From NCBI GenBank assembly GCA_002419365.1, contig DIGA01000117.1:12261-76260 (forward strand): a stretch of DNA of 64,000 bases, written 5' to 3'. The notes under the pieces are model-generated. The model made no database searches. It worked only from the letters and a program-made list of their open reading frames with translations, and was not told where the DNA came from. The translations under genes were made by a program, and so were the position numbers. The DNA comes from Mageeibacillus sp. UBA5734 (lineage in GTDB: Bacteria > Bacillota > Clostridia > Saccharofermentanales > UBA5734). Shown in pieces: positions 18,917 to 29,103 of the stretch (position 1 is its first letter; each line of letters starts with the position of its first letter).

Positions 18917-20175
18917 GGGAAGACCACCTTTCCATCGCAGAGCGTCATCTTGACCTGACCGCGCAGCATCCAGCCATGGTACGGGGTGTTCCGGGCCTTG
19001 CTGGCGGAAGCATTCTTATCAAACATAAAGGGCTTTTCCAGTTCGACCAGAGCGATATCGGCCGGATAGCCCGGTTCGAGACGGCCCATTCTCTGGTGCA
19101 GAAGTTCTGCAGGCCGGGTTGACATTTTTGCCACCAGCTCGGGCAGTGTCAGATGGCCGGGCAGGACCAGATAGGTGTAGCCAAGGGCAAAAGAGGATTC
19201 GAAGCCGATGATGCCGTTATTGGCCAGACCAAATTCAATCTGCTTTTCATCTGCATGGTGCGGCGCATGATCGGTGCCAATCATGTCGATCGTGCCGTCC
19301 CTGAGTCCGGCGATGATGGCATCCACGTCTTTTTGTGTCCGCAAGGGGGGATTCATCTTGGCGCTGGTGTTGAAATCACGGCACGCTTCCTCGGTCAGGG
19401 TGAAATAGTGTGGGCAGGTCTCACAAGTCACCTTCACGCCGCGGGCCTTGGCCTGGCGGACCAGTTCGATCGAGCCGGCTGTGCTCAGATGGGCCAGATG
19501 GACCGGCAGACCGACATATTCGGCAACCAGAATATCCCTGGCTACCATGATCTCCTCGGCAATGGTCGGGATACCCCGCAGACCGAGCTCGAGACTGACC
19601 AACCCTTCATTCATGTGGCCACCTTCTGCCAATGAGGGTTCTTCACAGTGGGAAATCACGGTTAGATCAAACTGGGCGGCATACTGGATGGCCTTTTTCA
19701 TCAGGTCGGCCGTCAGGACCGGTTTGCCATCATCCGAAATGGCGACAATGCCAGCCTCGGCCATCAGACCGATCTCGGCCAGTTCCTTGCCATCCTGGTT
19801 CTTGCTCACCGCGCCGACTGGCAGAACTTTGCAGGCACCTTCACGCTGGGCCTTGTCTCTGATGTAGCGCACAATCGCCGGATTGTCGGTGACCGGCTTG
19901 GTATTGGGCATGCAGGCAACGGCTGTGATGCCTCCCCGGACAGCCGCCCGGGTTCCGCTGACGATGTCTTCACGGTATTCAAATCCGGGGTCACGCAGAT
20001 GGGTGTGCGGATCGACCAGCCCAGGCAGCACAGCCAGCCCCGTCGCATCGATGACCTGGTCCGGATCACCGCTCATCGCTTCGACGATGACACCATTTTC
20101 AATCAGGATGTCCTGTTTAATTTCTTTCAAACCGACCGGATCGACGACATGTCCGCCGGATATTTTAATTTTCAT
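18910..20175 (-). CDS. pyrC: Dihydroorotase
   Basis: DPHTHLRDPG, MPNTKP, HCEE, KMNPPLR and GTDHAPH motifs. Confidence 0.96.
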   Translation of the reverse strand: MKIKISGGHVVDPVGLKEIKQDILIENGVIVEAMSGDPDQVIDATGLAVLPGLVDPHTHLRDPGFEYREDIVSGTRAAVRGGITAVACMPNTKPVTDNPAIVRYIRDKAQREGACKVLPVGAVSKNQDGKELAEIGLMAEAGIVAISDDGKPVLTADLMKKAIQYAAQFDLTVISHCEEPSLAEGGHMNEGLVSLELGLRGIPTIAEEIMVARDILVAEYVGLPVHLAHLSTAGSIELVRQAKARGVKVTCETCPHYFTLTEEACRDFNTSAKMNPPLRTQKDVDAIIAGLRDGTIDMIGTDHAPHHADEKQIEFGLANNGIIGFESSFALGYTYLVLPGHLTLPELVAKMSTRPAELLHQRMGRLEPGYPADIALVELEKPFMFDKNASASKARNTPYHGWMLRGQVKMTLCDGKVVFPW

Positions 20176-21101
20176 CAGCCATTCCTCCTGGCAGAAAGTA
20201 GATACAGGATCGCCATGCGCACGGCGACGCCATTGGTCACTTGTTCGTTGATCACCGACTGCGAACCATCATAGACGCTGGTGGGCATTTCCACGCCATG
20301 GTTACACGGGCCAGGGTGCATCAGGATCGCATCTGGTTTGGCCAGTTGCAGAGTCTTGTCATCGATGGCAAAGAAGCGGGCATATTCGCGGATCGATGGG
20401 TACAAGGCTTTCTGCTGACGTTCCAGCTGGACTCTGAGCCCCATGACAACATCGGCGCCCCGCACAGCATCCTGCACTGTCGGGCAGACGATCGCCGGTG
20501 TCTTGTCGAGGTCTTTCGGCAGCATGGTGCTGGGGGCCGCCATGCGGACCTTGGCGCCCATTTTCTCGAGGGCCCACAGGTTGCTCCGGGCTACCCGGCT
20601 GTGCAGCAGGTCGCCGACAATTGCCACCTCCAGACCCTGGAGGCTGCCTTTGTGCTGGCGCATCGTGAACAGGTCCAGCAGCGCCTGGGTTGGATGTTCA
20701 TTCATGCCATCGCCGGCATTGACCACGGAAGCCTTGACCAGCGGGGCGATCATATGCGGTGCGCCGGACTGGCTGTGGCGCATGATCAGGATGTCGGTGG
20801 CCATGACGTCGATCGTCCGGGCGGTATCGACCAGAGATTCACCTTTGTTGATGCTGCTGCCAGATGATGAAATATTGGCCGAGGACGCACCCATGAATTT
20901 GGACGCCATCTCAAAGGAGAGGCGCGTCCGGGTGCTGTTCTCATAGAACAGCGTCACGACTGACTTGCCCTGGAGATGAGCTGTTTTCTTGCTGCTGGCC
21001 GACAGGACGTGTTTCATGGTTTCAGCGGTGTCAAGGATCAGGTTGATTTCCTCTGCTGAGAGTTCCTTGATACCAAGCAAATCTTTGGATCGCAGTTGCA
21101 T
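20175..21101 (-). CDS. pyrB: Aspartate carbamoyltransferase catalytic subunit
   Basis: FYENSTRTRLSFE, HPTQALLD and MHPGP motifs. Start moved to ATG 21101. Confidence 0.96.
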   Translation of the reverse strand: MQLRSKDLLGIKELSAEEINLILDTAETMKHVLSASSKKTAHLQGKSVVTLFYENSTRTRLSFEMASKFMGASSANISSSGSSINKGESLVDTARTIDVMATDILIMRHSQSGAPHMIAPLVKASVVNAGDGMNEHPTQALLDLFTMRQHKGSLQGLEVAIVGDLLHSRVARSNLWALEKMGAKVRMAAPSTMLPKDLDKTPAIVCPTVQDAVRGADVVMGLRVQLERQQKALYPSIREYARFFAIDDKTLQLAKPDAILMHPGPCNHGVEMPTSVYDGSQSVINEQVTNGVAVRMAILYLLSARRNG

Positions 21102-21105
21102 CCGC

Positions 21106-21861
<756 letters not shown>

Positions 21862-21885
21862 TCACAGAAAGCAAGCCCCGGTCGA

Positions 21886-21914
21886 TTGACAGGATCCGGG
21901 AAGCTTGCTAAGAT
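21886..21914 (+). promoter_or_regulatory. sigmaA promoter of tRNA-Leu(CAA)
   Basis: TTGACA, 17-bp spacer, TGc-TAAGAT. Confidence 0.65.
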
Positions 21915-21938
21915 TGACCAGGAAGTTCAAAAGCGCCC

Positions 21939-22025
21939 GGGGATGTGGCGGAACTGGCAGACGCAGCAGACTCAAAATCTGCCGATTGAGAGATCGTAAG
22001 GGTTCGATTCCCTTCATCCCCACCA
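21939..22025 (+). tRNA. tRNA-Leu(CAA)
   Basis: GGGGATG/CATCCCC acceptor, GCAGA-CTCAAAA-TCTGC anticodon arm, long variable arm, GTTCGATT, encoded CCA. Confidence 0.97.
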
Positions 22026-22028
22026 GAC

Positions 22029-22071
22029 AAAAAGACCTTGGAACCAGAGAAATGGTTCCAAGGTCTTTTTT
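22029..22071. terminator. Bidirectional intrinsic terminator between tRNA-Leu and the hicA-like gene
   Basis: AAAAAGACCTTGGAACCA-gagaaa-TGGTTCCAAGGTCTTTTTT. Confidence 0.9.
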
Positions 22072-22109
22072 CGCTTGGATCGCGCTTCGTTGATGTCACA
22101 TCCAAGAAA

Positions 22110-22346
22110 TCAGGAACGGCCTTTGATTCTCGCCACTAAATCTTTTTTCTCAAGACCCTGTTGCCTTGCCAGAGCCGAAAGGGTTCCTGTCGGAATTTCA
22201 TCATGATCCTTGTGATAGTGAAACGTGACCACTCTGGGTGAACCGTCAAAAATGCCAAGATACAGCGTTTGATGCTTGCCTTTGGCAGAAAAATGATGCT
22301 TCTGCAGGAATCTCAGAAACTCACCCTGGCATACTGAATCAGGCAA
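22110..22346 (-). CDS. HicA-like type II toxin (mRNA interferase fold)
   Basis: 78 aa; GKH at the GSH position and H...EIPTGTLSALARQQGL. TTG start overlaps the upstream stop, with GGAGG RBS. Confidence 0.75.
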   Translation of the reverse strand: MPDSVCQGEFLRFLQKHHFSAKGKHQTLYLGIFDGSPRVVTFHYHKDHDEIPTGTLSALARQQGLEKKDLVARIKGRS

Positions 22347-22767
22347 TCCTCAGGACCTCCCTGACTCGATTCCGATCTCCTTCGCTCAATATAATCAGGC
22401 TGATCACAAGCTGTTGCAAACCATTGAAAATACCTGAAAACACATCGGCGTGATCCAGATAGTCCTGGGCAAATTGTATCGATCCGTCTACCAATCGTTC
22501 AACGGCCTCATCAATGGTCTTGCCTTCGCCAACCAATTGCGGTACGAGTTCATTATAGATCGTATAGATTCCCAGCTTTTTGTCGAATTCAGTCACGTTT
22601 TTCACCTCAAGGGCCTGGAACATGCTCTCAAACATTTTCTCACTGATCAGATACATTGAATCCTGAGTTGATTTGTTGAGCAATTCACTCACCAGACCAT
22701 TTCGCGCATTGGCCTGGATTTCCCTGATTTTACTCCTGGTTTCATGTACAGCATAAACTAAACTCAT
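22339..22767 (-). CDS. Putative antitoxin (Phd/YefM-like N-terminus plus HicB-like core)
   Basis: 142 aa; N-terminal VYAVHETRSKIREIQ and YTIYNELVPQLVGEGKTIDEAVERL...DY; overlaps the toxin start. Confidence 0.65.
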   Translation of the reverse strand: MSLVYAVHETRSKIREIQANARNGLVSELLNKSTQDSMYLISEKMFESMFQALEVKNVTEFDKKLGIYTIYNELVPQLVGEGKTIDEAVERLVDGSIQFAQDYLDHADVFSGIFNGLQQLVISLIILSEGDRNRVREVLRIA

Positions 22768-22785
22768 ATCATCACCTTCACTTCA

Positions 22786-22814
22786 ATTATATACAAGATG
22801 GACACCTTGTACAA
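22786..22814 (-). promoter_or_regulatory. TA operon promoter with inverted-repeat operator
   Basis: Minus strand TTGTAC-17-TATAAT; TACAAG-N8-CTTGTA (22792-22811) fills the spacer. Confidence 0.7.
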
Positions 22815-22876
22815 GCTAATGATCTCAGTGGAAATACTGCGTCGATTTTCGTCGATTTTCTGCAAAAATTTCATGC

Positions 22877-22906
22877 TTGACAAGACAAGCCCCCTTTCTC
22901 TATAAT
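22877..22906 (+). promoter_or_regulatory. sigmaA promoter of the tRNA-Ile2/Tyr pair
   Basis: TTGACA-18-TATAAT. Confidence 0.7.
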
Positions 22907-22945
22907 CTCCCTTGTTGCTGAGGCAAGGTGCCGCGCAAGGCAAAT

Positions 22946-23022
22946 GGGCCATTAGCTCAGTTGGTCAGAGCAGCCGGCTCATAACCGGTCGGTCCGGGGT
23001 TCAAGTCCCTGATGGCCCACCA
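22946..23022 (+). tRNA. tRNA-Ile2 (CAT anticodon, lysidine type)
   Basis: GGGCCAT acceptor, GCCGG-CTCATAA-CCGGT anticodon arm. Pattern resembles Bacillus tRNA-Ile2 rather than initiator or elongator Met; encoded CCA. Confidence 0.85.
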
Positions 23023-23043
23023 CCTCGCATAACAACTTCACAT

Positions 23044-23128
23044 GGGGGAATTCCCGAGCGGCCAAAGGGGGCAGACTGTAAATCTGTTGTCACCGACTTC
23101 GGTGGTTCGAATCCACCTTCCCCCACCA
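23044..23128 (+). tRNA. tRNA-Tyr(GTA)
   Basis: CAGACTGTAAATCTG anticodon arm, long variable arm, GGTTCGAATCC, CCA. Confidence 0.97.
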
Positions 23129-23129
23129 C

Positions 23130-23162
23130 AAAAAGAACCATCCAGCTGGATGGTTCTTTTTT
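23130..23162. terminator. Bidirectional terminator between tRNA-Tyr and murD
   Basis: Palindrome AAAAGAACCATCCAGCTGGATGGTTCTTTT plus T run. Confidence 0.85.
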
Positions 23163-23240
23163 ATCCCATATTTTTCAAGCGGTTTCCAGCAGGTCTGCCC
23201 TTTCCTGGTCACAGGCCAGGGGCGCCGCTGTCCACAGTAC

Positions 23241-24665
23241 TCATTCCAGCCCATTGACCAGATTCTTGAACAGATTGCCCCGTTCTTCGAAATGGCGGAA
23301 CTTGTCAAAACTGGTCCCAGCTGGTGAAAGAACGACGATTTCCCCTGGCTCAGCCAGTGACCGGGCCAAGACCACAGCCTCTTCATAGGAATCAACCCGA
23401 TGGATAGCCAGTTTATCGGGATCGACTTTGGCCATAGGCGCTTCCAGCATCAGGTTATGATGGATCAGATCTGAATTGTCGCCACAGAGGATGATCTTGC
23501 TGGACACTTTCGCAATCGACTCGCCCAGGCCGGAATAATCACATTTCTTGTCCTTGCCACCCGTGATCAGGACCACTTTTTCCTTGCGGTCCCAAAGGGC
23601 TTGCAGGGCAGCTTTGGTCCGGGTCGGGCTGGTGTCGATCGAACTGTTGTAATAGCGCACTCCATCGAGTTCACGCACCAGCTCGAGCCGGTGTTCCACG
23701 CCACCAAAACGGGTCGCCACGGCCGCCACGTGCTCTGGCTGGACATAGCCCAGGGTGGCTGCTGTAGCCGCCAGATAATTTTCGATGTTGTGCTTGCCCG
23801 GGATCACAATGTCTTTGGTTGCGACGACCGGAATGTCCTTGCTTTCTCTCCTGATGCAGATCAAGCCGTCGACGACAACCACGCCCGTCACCAGGCTTGG
23901 ATTTTTGCGGGCAAACAGGACCATTTCACCCCGGGCTTCAGGAATCATCGACCGAGTGACATAGTTTTCACTGTTTAGAACCAGACGCCCCATGAAGGAC
24001 TGGTACAGGTAGATGTTTTTCTTGGCATCGATGTACTCCTGGTAGTCTTTATGGACATCGAGATGATTGGGGGTGATATTGGTCACAACCGCCACATCCG
24101 GACTCTGGCGCATGCTGGAGAGCTGGAAGCTCGATAATTCAAGTACTACCATGTCTTCTGGCTGGACGTGGTCGATCCGGTCCAGGAGCGGGGTACCGAT
24201 ATTGCCACCCAGGTGAACGGTGTGGCCTGCTTCTTTCAGGATCAGGCTGATCAAGGTCGTGGTGGTCGTTTTGCCATCCGAACCGGTGATCGCAAAGATC
24301 CGGGCCGGACAGAGCGCCATGAAGACTTCCATCTCCGATGTGATGATGGCTCCGCGCTCGCGTTCGGCCAGGAGCTGGGGAACATCCGGGCGCATCTTGG
24401 GCGTGCGGAACACCAGGTCAAATCCAGTGAGGCGGTCGAGATAGTCCGGACCAACAGACCAGTCCAACTCGATCCCTTCGGCTGCAAAATCAGCCCGTGT
24501 CCGGCTCAGTACCGGATCGTTCTCGGCCAGCATGTCAAAAGCGGTGATGCGGGCGCCGAGCGCGTGTATGTAGCGGATCAGAGGGCGGTTGCTGATGCCG
24601 ACCCCAAGGACGGCAACCCGCTTGCCACGGATCATGTGTTTGAACTGTTCCAGTTTCTGGTTCAT
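23241..24665 (-). CDS. murD: UDP-N-acetylmuramoyl-L-alanine:D-glutamate ligase
   Basis: VLGVGISN, ITGSDGKTTTT, LELSSFQL, HRLE, YYNSS and LSPAGTSFDKFRHFEERG motifs. ATG 24665 follows GGAGG. Confidence 0.95.
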   Translation of the reverse strand: MNQKLEQFKHMIRGKRVAVLGVGISNRPLIRYIHALGARITAFDMLAENDPVLSRTRADFAAEGIELDWSVGPDYLDRLTGFDLVFRTPKMRPDVPQLLAERERGAIITSEMEVFMALCPARIFAITGSDGKTTTTTLISLILKEAGHTVHLGGNIGTPLLDRIDHVQPEDMVVLELSSFQLSSMRQSPDVAVVTNITPNHLDVHKDYQEYIDAKKNIYLYQSFMGRLVLNSENYVTRSMIPEARGEMVLFARKNPSLVTGVVVVDGLICIRRESKDIPVVATKDIVIPGKHNIENYLAATAATLGYVQPEHVAAVATRFGGVEHRLELVRELDGVRYYNSSIDTSPTRTKAALQALWDRKEKVVLITGGKDKKCDYSGLGESIAKVSSKIILCGDNSDLIHHNLMLEAPMAKVDPDKLAIHRVDSYEEAVVLARSLAEPGEIVVLSPAGTSFDKFRHFEERGNLFKNLVNGLE

Positions 24666-24751
24666 TTTTTGCCCTCCAAAAATATGTGCTCTAAAATTAT
24701 AAATCAGGTCTTGCAATTTGACCATCGGCAGGTTATTATAATCAACGTCCC

Positions 24752-24838
24752 GCGGAGATGGCGGAATTGGCAGACGCGCTAGTTTCAGGTACTAGTGATC
24801 GAGAGGTCATGCAGGTTCAAGTCCTGTTCTCCGCACCA
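24752..24838 (+). tRNA. tRNA-Leu(CAG)
   Basis: GCGGAGA acceptor, CTAGT-TTCAGGT-ACTAG anticodon arm, variable arm, CCA. Confidence 0.96.
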
Positions 24839-24842
24839 TCAA

Positions 24843-24888
24843 GAACTGCATCGTTTCGTGTAACAGCGCATACGATGCAGTTTTTGTT
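24843..24888 (+). terminator. Terminator after tRNA-Leu(CAG)
   Basis: AACTGCATCGT...ACGATGCAGTT followed by TTTGTTT. Confidence 0.7.
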
Positions 24889-24940
24889 TTCCCGGGGATT
24901 TTTCGTGACAAAAAACAGTGTTTCAGGGAGGTCTGTTGAT

Positions 24941-27445
24941 ATGGCACATGATTCCAAACCATCTCAACAGCCCTTGGCCCTGCCAGTCCTGCCGGTCGCA
25001 GTCCGGACCCTGGCTGAGGCGGTTCATCGCCAGGGTGGGCTCGGAGGGCCCGCTTACGCTTCTGTCAGTGGTGCCGAAGGTACTCGCCTGCACCAGAAGT
25101 TGGTCCGGCACTATGTCGAGCGCCTGGGCAAGACCGCGGTCCAGTCGGAATACCGTCTCAGTGGCGAGGCTATCTGCCAGGCTGTCTTACTCCAAGTCAG
25201 TGGCCGATGCGACCTCGTTATCCAGGACGACGGCGAGACAGTCCTGATCGAAGCCAAAAGTTTTGCCGGTTCAGCCCGTTTCTTGCCAGAGCACGGTGAC
25301 CAGGTCCATTGGGCTCAGGTCATGCTGTATGCCTACCTTTTCCTGCTGGCTTCAGACCAGGACCAGATCCGCATCGGTCTTTGCTATGTCAGCCAGGAAA
25401 ATTTCGAACTCATCGAACATCGCCGCACCGAAACCCGGCAAAATCTCCATGACTTTTTCCAGCAGACTACCGAGCGTTTTGCCAGCCTGGCCAGCCAAAT
25501 CCTGTCCGGTCACAAGCTGCGCGATGAAAGCGCCAAGACCGTCCCCTTCCCTTTTGCGGCTCTTCGGCCAGGCCAGAAACGCCTGATGCAGGAAGTCATT
25601 GGTGTCACCCGGCAAAAAGGCGTGCTTTTTGCCCAGGCACCTACGGGGACTGGCAAGACGCTTTCGGTCTTGTTCCCAGCCATCCGCTTGCTGGCCCACC
25701 ATCAAATCGACCGGGTCTTCTACCTGACCGCCATGTCGTCAACGCGCAAGGTAGCCGAACAGGCACTCCATGATTTGCGGACACACGGCCTGTTCCTGCG
25801 CAGCCTGACCCTGCGGGCCAAGGAGAAAAGCTGTCTGGCACCCGAATTGTTCTGCAATGTCCGCCTGTGCCCTTTTGCCATCGCCTATTTCAAGAACCTG
25901 CCAGCTGCCCTGGCCGACCTGCTGAAAACAGGAGGGCATTGCGATCCGGATCAAATCCGGACGATTGCCCAGACTCACCAGGTCTGCCCTTTTGAACTGT
26001 CGCTCGACTATGCACTCTACTGCGATATCATCATCGGTGACTACAATTATGTCTTTGATCCGCGGATCCAGCTGGACCGGTTTTTCAACAACTCAGACCA
26101 GACCCATCTCATCCTGGTCGATGAAGCCCACAATTTGCCTGATCGATCACGGGACATGTACAGTGCCGATTTTGATTTCAACCTCGTCCAGGAAGCCTTG
26201 AGCGTCATCCAGGACCAACATCCTTATCTGGCCCAGGCACTGGTTCGATTGAACCAGTACAGAGAAAGGCTGGACAGAGAAATCACTCCGCCACAGGCTG
26301 AAGGCCAGACAGAAAGGGTGTCAGGCCGGACAGGATTTGCCGCCGTGGAACCGGATCAGCATGGCCGCCTGATGCAGAGTGACCAGTTCCTCGCCATGAC
26401 CCAGAAACCGCTGCAATTGCAAAAACTCCTTGGCCGCGTCATCCATTTCAGCCGCTCGTATCTGGATGATCATGCCGATGAACCAGATGCCAAAAAGATC
26501 CTCGACCTCTTTTTAGCAGCACATTTTTTCACCAAAGTGGCCGATCTCTTCTATGGCCAGGCGTACATCACGACAGCTTTCCAGGAGAATAAGGCCACCA
26601 GAGTCCGTTTGATGTGCCTCGATGCCTCCACCTTCCTGACCGACATTTACCGGGACCGCCATCCGGTCATCTTTTTTTCGGCGACACTGAATCCGCTCGA
26701 TTACTACATCGGCTTATTGGACAGCGACGCCAGCAGCCGGCAGCCGGAAAAGCTCAGCCTGCCTTCGCCTTTTCCACCGGAAAATTTCCGGGTCTTGCTC
26801 GAAACGCGATTCTCGACCCGATTCCAGGACCGCACGTCGACCATCGTACCGATTGTCGAGGATATTCTGGCTGCAGCCCGCACGCGGATCGGAAATTACC
26901 TGGTCTTCCTGCCCTCCTATGCATACCTGGCCAAGGTGCGCCAGATCCTCAGGATGCAAAAAGACCGCACCGACCTGGATTTCATTGTCCAGGTCCCTGG
27001 CATGGATGAAAACCAAAAGCAAGCCTTCCTCAACCGGTTCGAGCGTTTCGGCAGCAAAACCTTGATCGGGCTGGCCGTGCTCGGCAGTCTGTTTAACGAG
27101 GGCATCGACTTGACGGGAGAACGGCTCAGCGGTGTGATGATTGTGGGTGTCGGCCTGCCCCAGCTGAGCCCGGAACGCGAGATCATGAGCCAGTATTTTT
27201 CCAGCCGTCTGGGACGCGGTTTTGAGTATGCTTACCAGTACCCTGGCTTCAACAAAGTCCAGCAGGCCGCAGGACGGGTCATCCGATCGGAAATCGACAC
27301 AGGGTTTGTGCTCTTGATCGATGACCGCTATAAAAAGCCGGAATACCAGGCCTTGTTCCCGCAGGAATGGCAACCAGCCGAGATCGAGGACACGACAGAT
27401 CTGATTGAGATGCTCAAGGACTTCTGGTCCAGTCACAAATCCTGA
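24941..27445 (+). CDS. DinG/XPD-family Fe-S helicase with N-terminal PD-(D/E)xK (RecB/Cas4-like) nuclease domain
   Basis: GTRLH, GRCD..IEAKS, QVMLY nuclease motifs; APTGTGKT, four-Cys cluster, DEAHN, FNEGID, QAAGRVIR. ATG 24941 follows GGAGG. Confidence 0.9.
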   Translation: MAHDSKPSQQPLALPVLPVAVRTLAEAVHRQGGLGGPAYASVSGAEGTRLHQKLVRHYVERLGKTAVQSEYRLSGEAICQAVLLQVSGRCDLVIQDDGETVLIEAKSFAGSARFLPEHGDQVHWAQVMLYAYLFLLASDQDQIRIGLCYVSQENFELIEHRRTETRQNLHDFFQQTTERFASLASQILSGHKLRDESAKTVPFPFAALRPGQKRLMQEVIGVTRQKGVLFAQAPTGTGKTLSVLFPAIRLLAHHQIDRVFYLTAMSSTRKVAEQALHDLRTHGLFLRSLTLRAKEKSCLAPELFCNVRLCPFAIAYFKNLPAALADLLKTGGHCDPDQIRTIAQTHQVCPFELSLDYALYCDIIIGDYNYVFDPRIQLDRFFNNSDQTHLILVDEAHNLPDRSRDMYSADFDFNLVQEALSVIQDQHPYLAQALVRLNQYRERLDREITPPQAEGQTERVSGRTGFAAVEPDQHGRLMQSDQFLAMTQKPLQLQKLLGRVIHFSRSYLDDHADEPDAKKILDLFLAAHFFTKVADLFYGQAYITTAFQENKATRVRLMCLDASTFLTDIYRDRHPVIFFSATLNPLDYYIGLLDSDASSRQPEKLSLPSPFPPENFRVLLETRFSTRFQDRTSTIVPIVEDILAAARTRIGNYLVFLPSYAYLAKVRQILRMQKDRTDLDFIVQVPGMDENQKQAFLNRFERFGSKTLIGLAVLGSLFNEGIDLTGERLSGVMIVGVGLPQLSPEREIMSQYFSSRLGRGFEYAYQYPGFNKVQQAAGRVIRSEIDTGFVLLIDDRYKKPEYQALFPQEWQPAEIEDTTDLIEMLKDFWSSHKS

Positions 27446-28176
27446 AGCAACGAGAGACGCTGATAGTTCTTCTCCATGATGGCAGTCAGATAGCGATCGG
27501 AAAACGTTCGGACTTCTTGCTTGACGGCATCTGAAACATTGAAAGCAAACAGGCGCTCGGCCGGGCTCAGGATAATGTGTTTGAGACAGGCCAGCGCTGG
27601 TGCGGAAAGGTGCAGGACATCCCGGCCCTGGGCTGGCCTGTAGTCTTCCTGACAGATGAACCCATGGGCTTGGAAATCAAACCAGCCTGTCGAAAGATTC
27701 GGATTCCGGCAGGCCTGGCATGCATCGAGCGCAGGCGTGAACCCAGACACCGACAATGCTTTGAGCTGCGCCACATGCACCACCAGGAGTGGATCGGGCT
27801 GGCTCAGGATGGCATGGCACGAGTAGGCCCAGAGGACGTACATCCGGTCATCAGACAGATCATCGCGCACAAGATCATGGAACACTTCGGCCAGATGAGC
27901 GGCACAAACCAGCCGGTCCAAGTCCTCGCGCAAACGCAGGAAAGGCTCGACCAGTTCAGCAGCATCGATGGTGGTGCGGCCCTTATAATTGAACAAGGTG
28001 AAATCGCTCAGGGCAAACATCTGTGTCGCAGCCAGCAACGGACTTTTCACGCGTCTGGACCCACGGGCCAAGGCTGTCACCAGGCCCTTCTGGGCCGTGA
28101 GGATCTCGATCAGGCGGTCCGCTTCACCCAGGGCGACTTCTCTCAGGACAAAGCCTCGGACGTGCTCGTGGGACAT
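27433..28176 (-). CDS. recO: DNA repair protein RecO
   Basis: GFVLRE..LGEADRLIEILT, ARGSRR and C..C...C zinc region; era-recO synteny. Confidence 0.93.
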   Translation of the reverse strand: MSHEHVRGFVLREVALGEADRLIEILTAQKGLVTALARGSRRVKSPLLAATQMFALSDFTLFNYKGRTTIDAAELVEPFLRLREDLDRLVCAAHLAEVFHDLVRDDLSDDRMYVLWAYSCHAILSQPDPLLVVHVAQLKALSVSGFTPALDACQACRNPNLSTGWFDFQAHGFICQEDYRPAQGRDVLHLSAPALACLKHIILSPAERLFAFNVSDAVKQEVRTFSDRYLTAIMEKNYQRLSLLQDL

Positions 28177-28182
28177 CTGCGT

Positions 28183-29103
28183 TCAGGAGTGGTAGCCCAG
28201 GTCATTGAGGATATTCTGGCGGTTGCGCCAGTCTTCCCTGACCCTGACAAACAAGTCGAGGTAGCAGGGGCAGTCCAGCATGGCTTCGATCTCCTTGCGG
28301 GCATCGGTTCCGATTGCCGTGAGCATGCTGCCACGCTTGCCGATGATGATGCCTTTGTGGGTGTCCCGCTCACACAGGATGGTCGCTTCAATGGTGACCC
28401 TGACCCGTTCGCCGGCATCATCGAAATCTTCCTTGAACGACTCGATCGACACCGCAGTGCCATGGGGAATTTCCTCATGGGTCTTGCGCAGGATCTGCTC
28501 CCGGATCAGCTCGGCTGCAATCATGCGTTCTGTCTGGTCGGTCAGGCTGTCTTCCGGGAAATAGCGCGGTCCTGGCTGCAGGTGCTTCTTGATTTCCCCA
28601 ACCAGCACCTCCATGCCATCGCCGGTCTTGGCACTGACCGGGATGATGGCTGTGAAATCGAAGGCCTGGCTGAATGCTGCAATCAAGGGCAGCAGGGCCT
28701 CCTTCTCATTGACATCCACCTTGTTGATGACCAGGATGACGGGTTTCTCACTGCCTTTGAGCTGGTTGAGCACTTTTTGCTCCAAATCCAGGACCCGGGG
28801 AGAAAAGCCAGCCTCGATCAAAAGCAGGACAACATCTGATTCCGCCAGGGCCATGCGGGCGGACTCTGTCATGTAGCGGCCCAGCTTGCTCTTCGGCTGG
28901 TGCAGGCCGGGAGTGTCCAGGAAGACGATCTGGGCATCGGGCTGGTCGAGGATGGCCCGGATAATCGAGCGCGTCGTCTGCGGCTTGGGTGATGTGATAG
29001 CCAGGCGCTGGCCAGCCAGCTGATTGAGCAACGTCGATTTGCCGACATTGGGTCGGCCAACGAGGGAAACAAATCCGGAACGAAAATCGGGTGATTGTGT
29101 CAT
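28183..29103 (-). CDS. era: GTPase Era
   Basis: GRPNVGKSTL, KPQTTR, DTPG, NKVD, HEEIPH and KH domain GIIIGKRG. Confidence 0.97.
   Translation of the reverse strand: MTQSPDFRSGFVSLVGRPNVGKSTLLNQLAGQRLAITSPKPQTTRSIIRAILDQPDAQIVFLDTPGLHQPKSKLGRYMTESARMALAESDVVLLLIEAGFSPRVLDLEQKVLNQLKGSEKPVILVINKVDVNEKEALLPLIAAFSQAFDFTAIIPVSAKTGDGMEVLVGEIKKHLQPGPRYFPEDSLTDQTERMIAAELIREQILRKTHEEIPHGTAVSIESFKEDFDDAGERVRVTIEATILCERDTHKGIIIGKRGSMLTAIGTDARKEIEAMLDCPCYLDLFVRVREDWRNRQNILNDLGYHS

Noticed and set aside
21905-22105. Short ORFs over tRNA-Leu
   Set aside because: They overlap a clear tRNA and its terminator.
21939-23128. tRNA-integrated genomic island around the TA pair
   Set aside because: No integrase and no duplicated tRNA 3' end were seen, so only the TA cassette is reported.
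24758-24940. Upstream extension of the DinG ORF
   Set aside because: It runs through tRNA-Leu and its terminator. The real start is ATG 24941 after GGAGG.
27577-28839. 420-aa plus-strand ORF
   Set aside because: Antisense to recO and era, with no recognisable domain.
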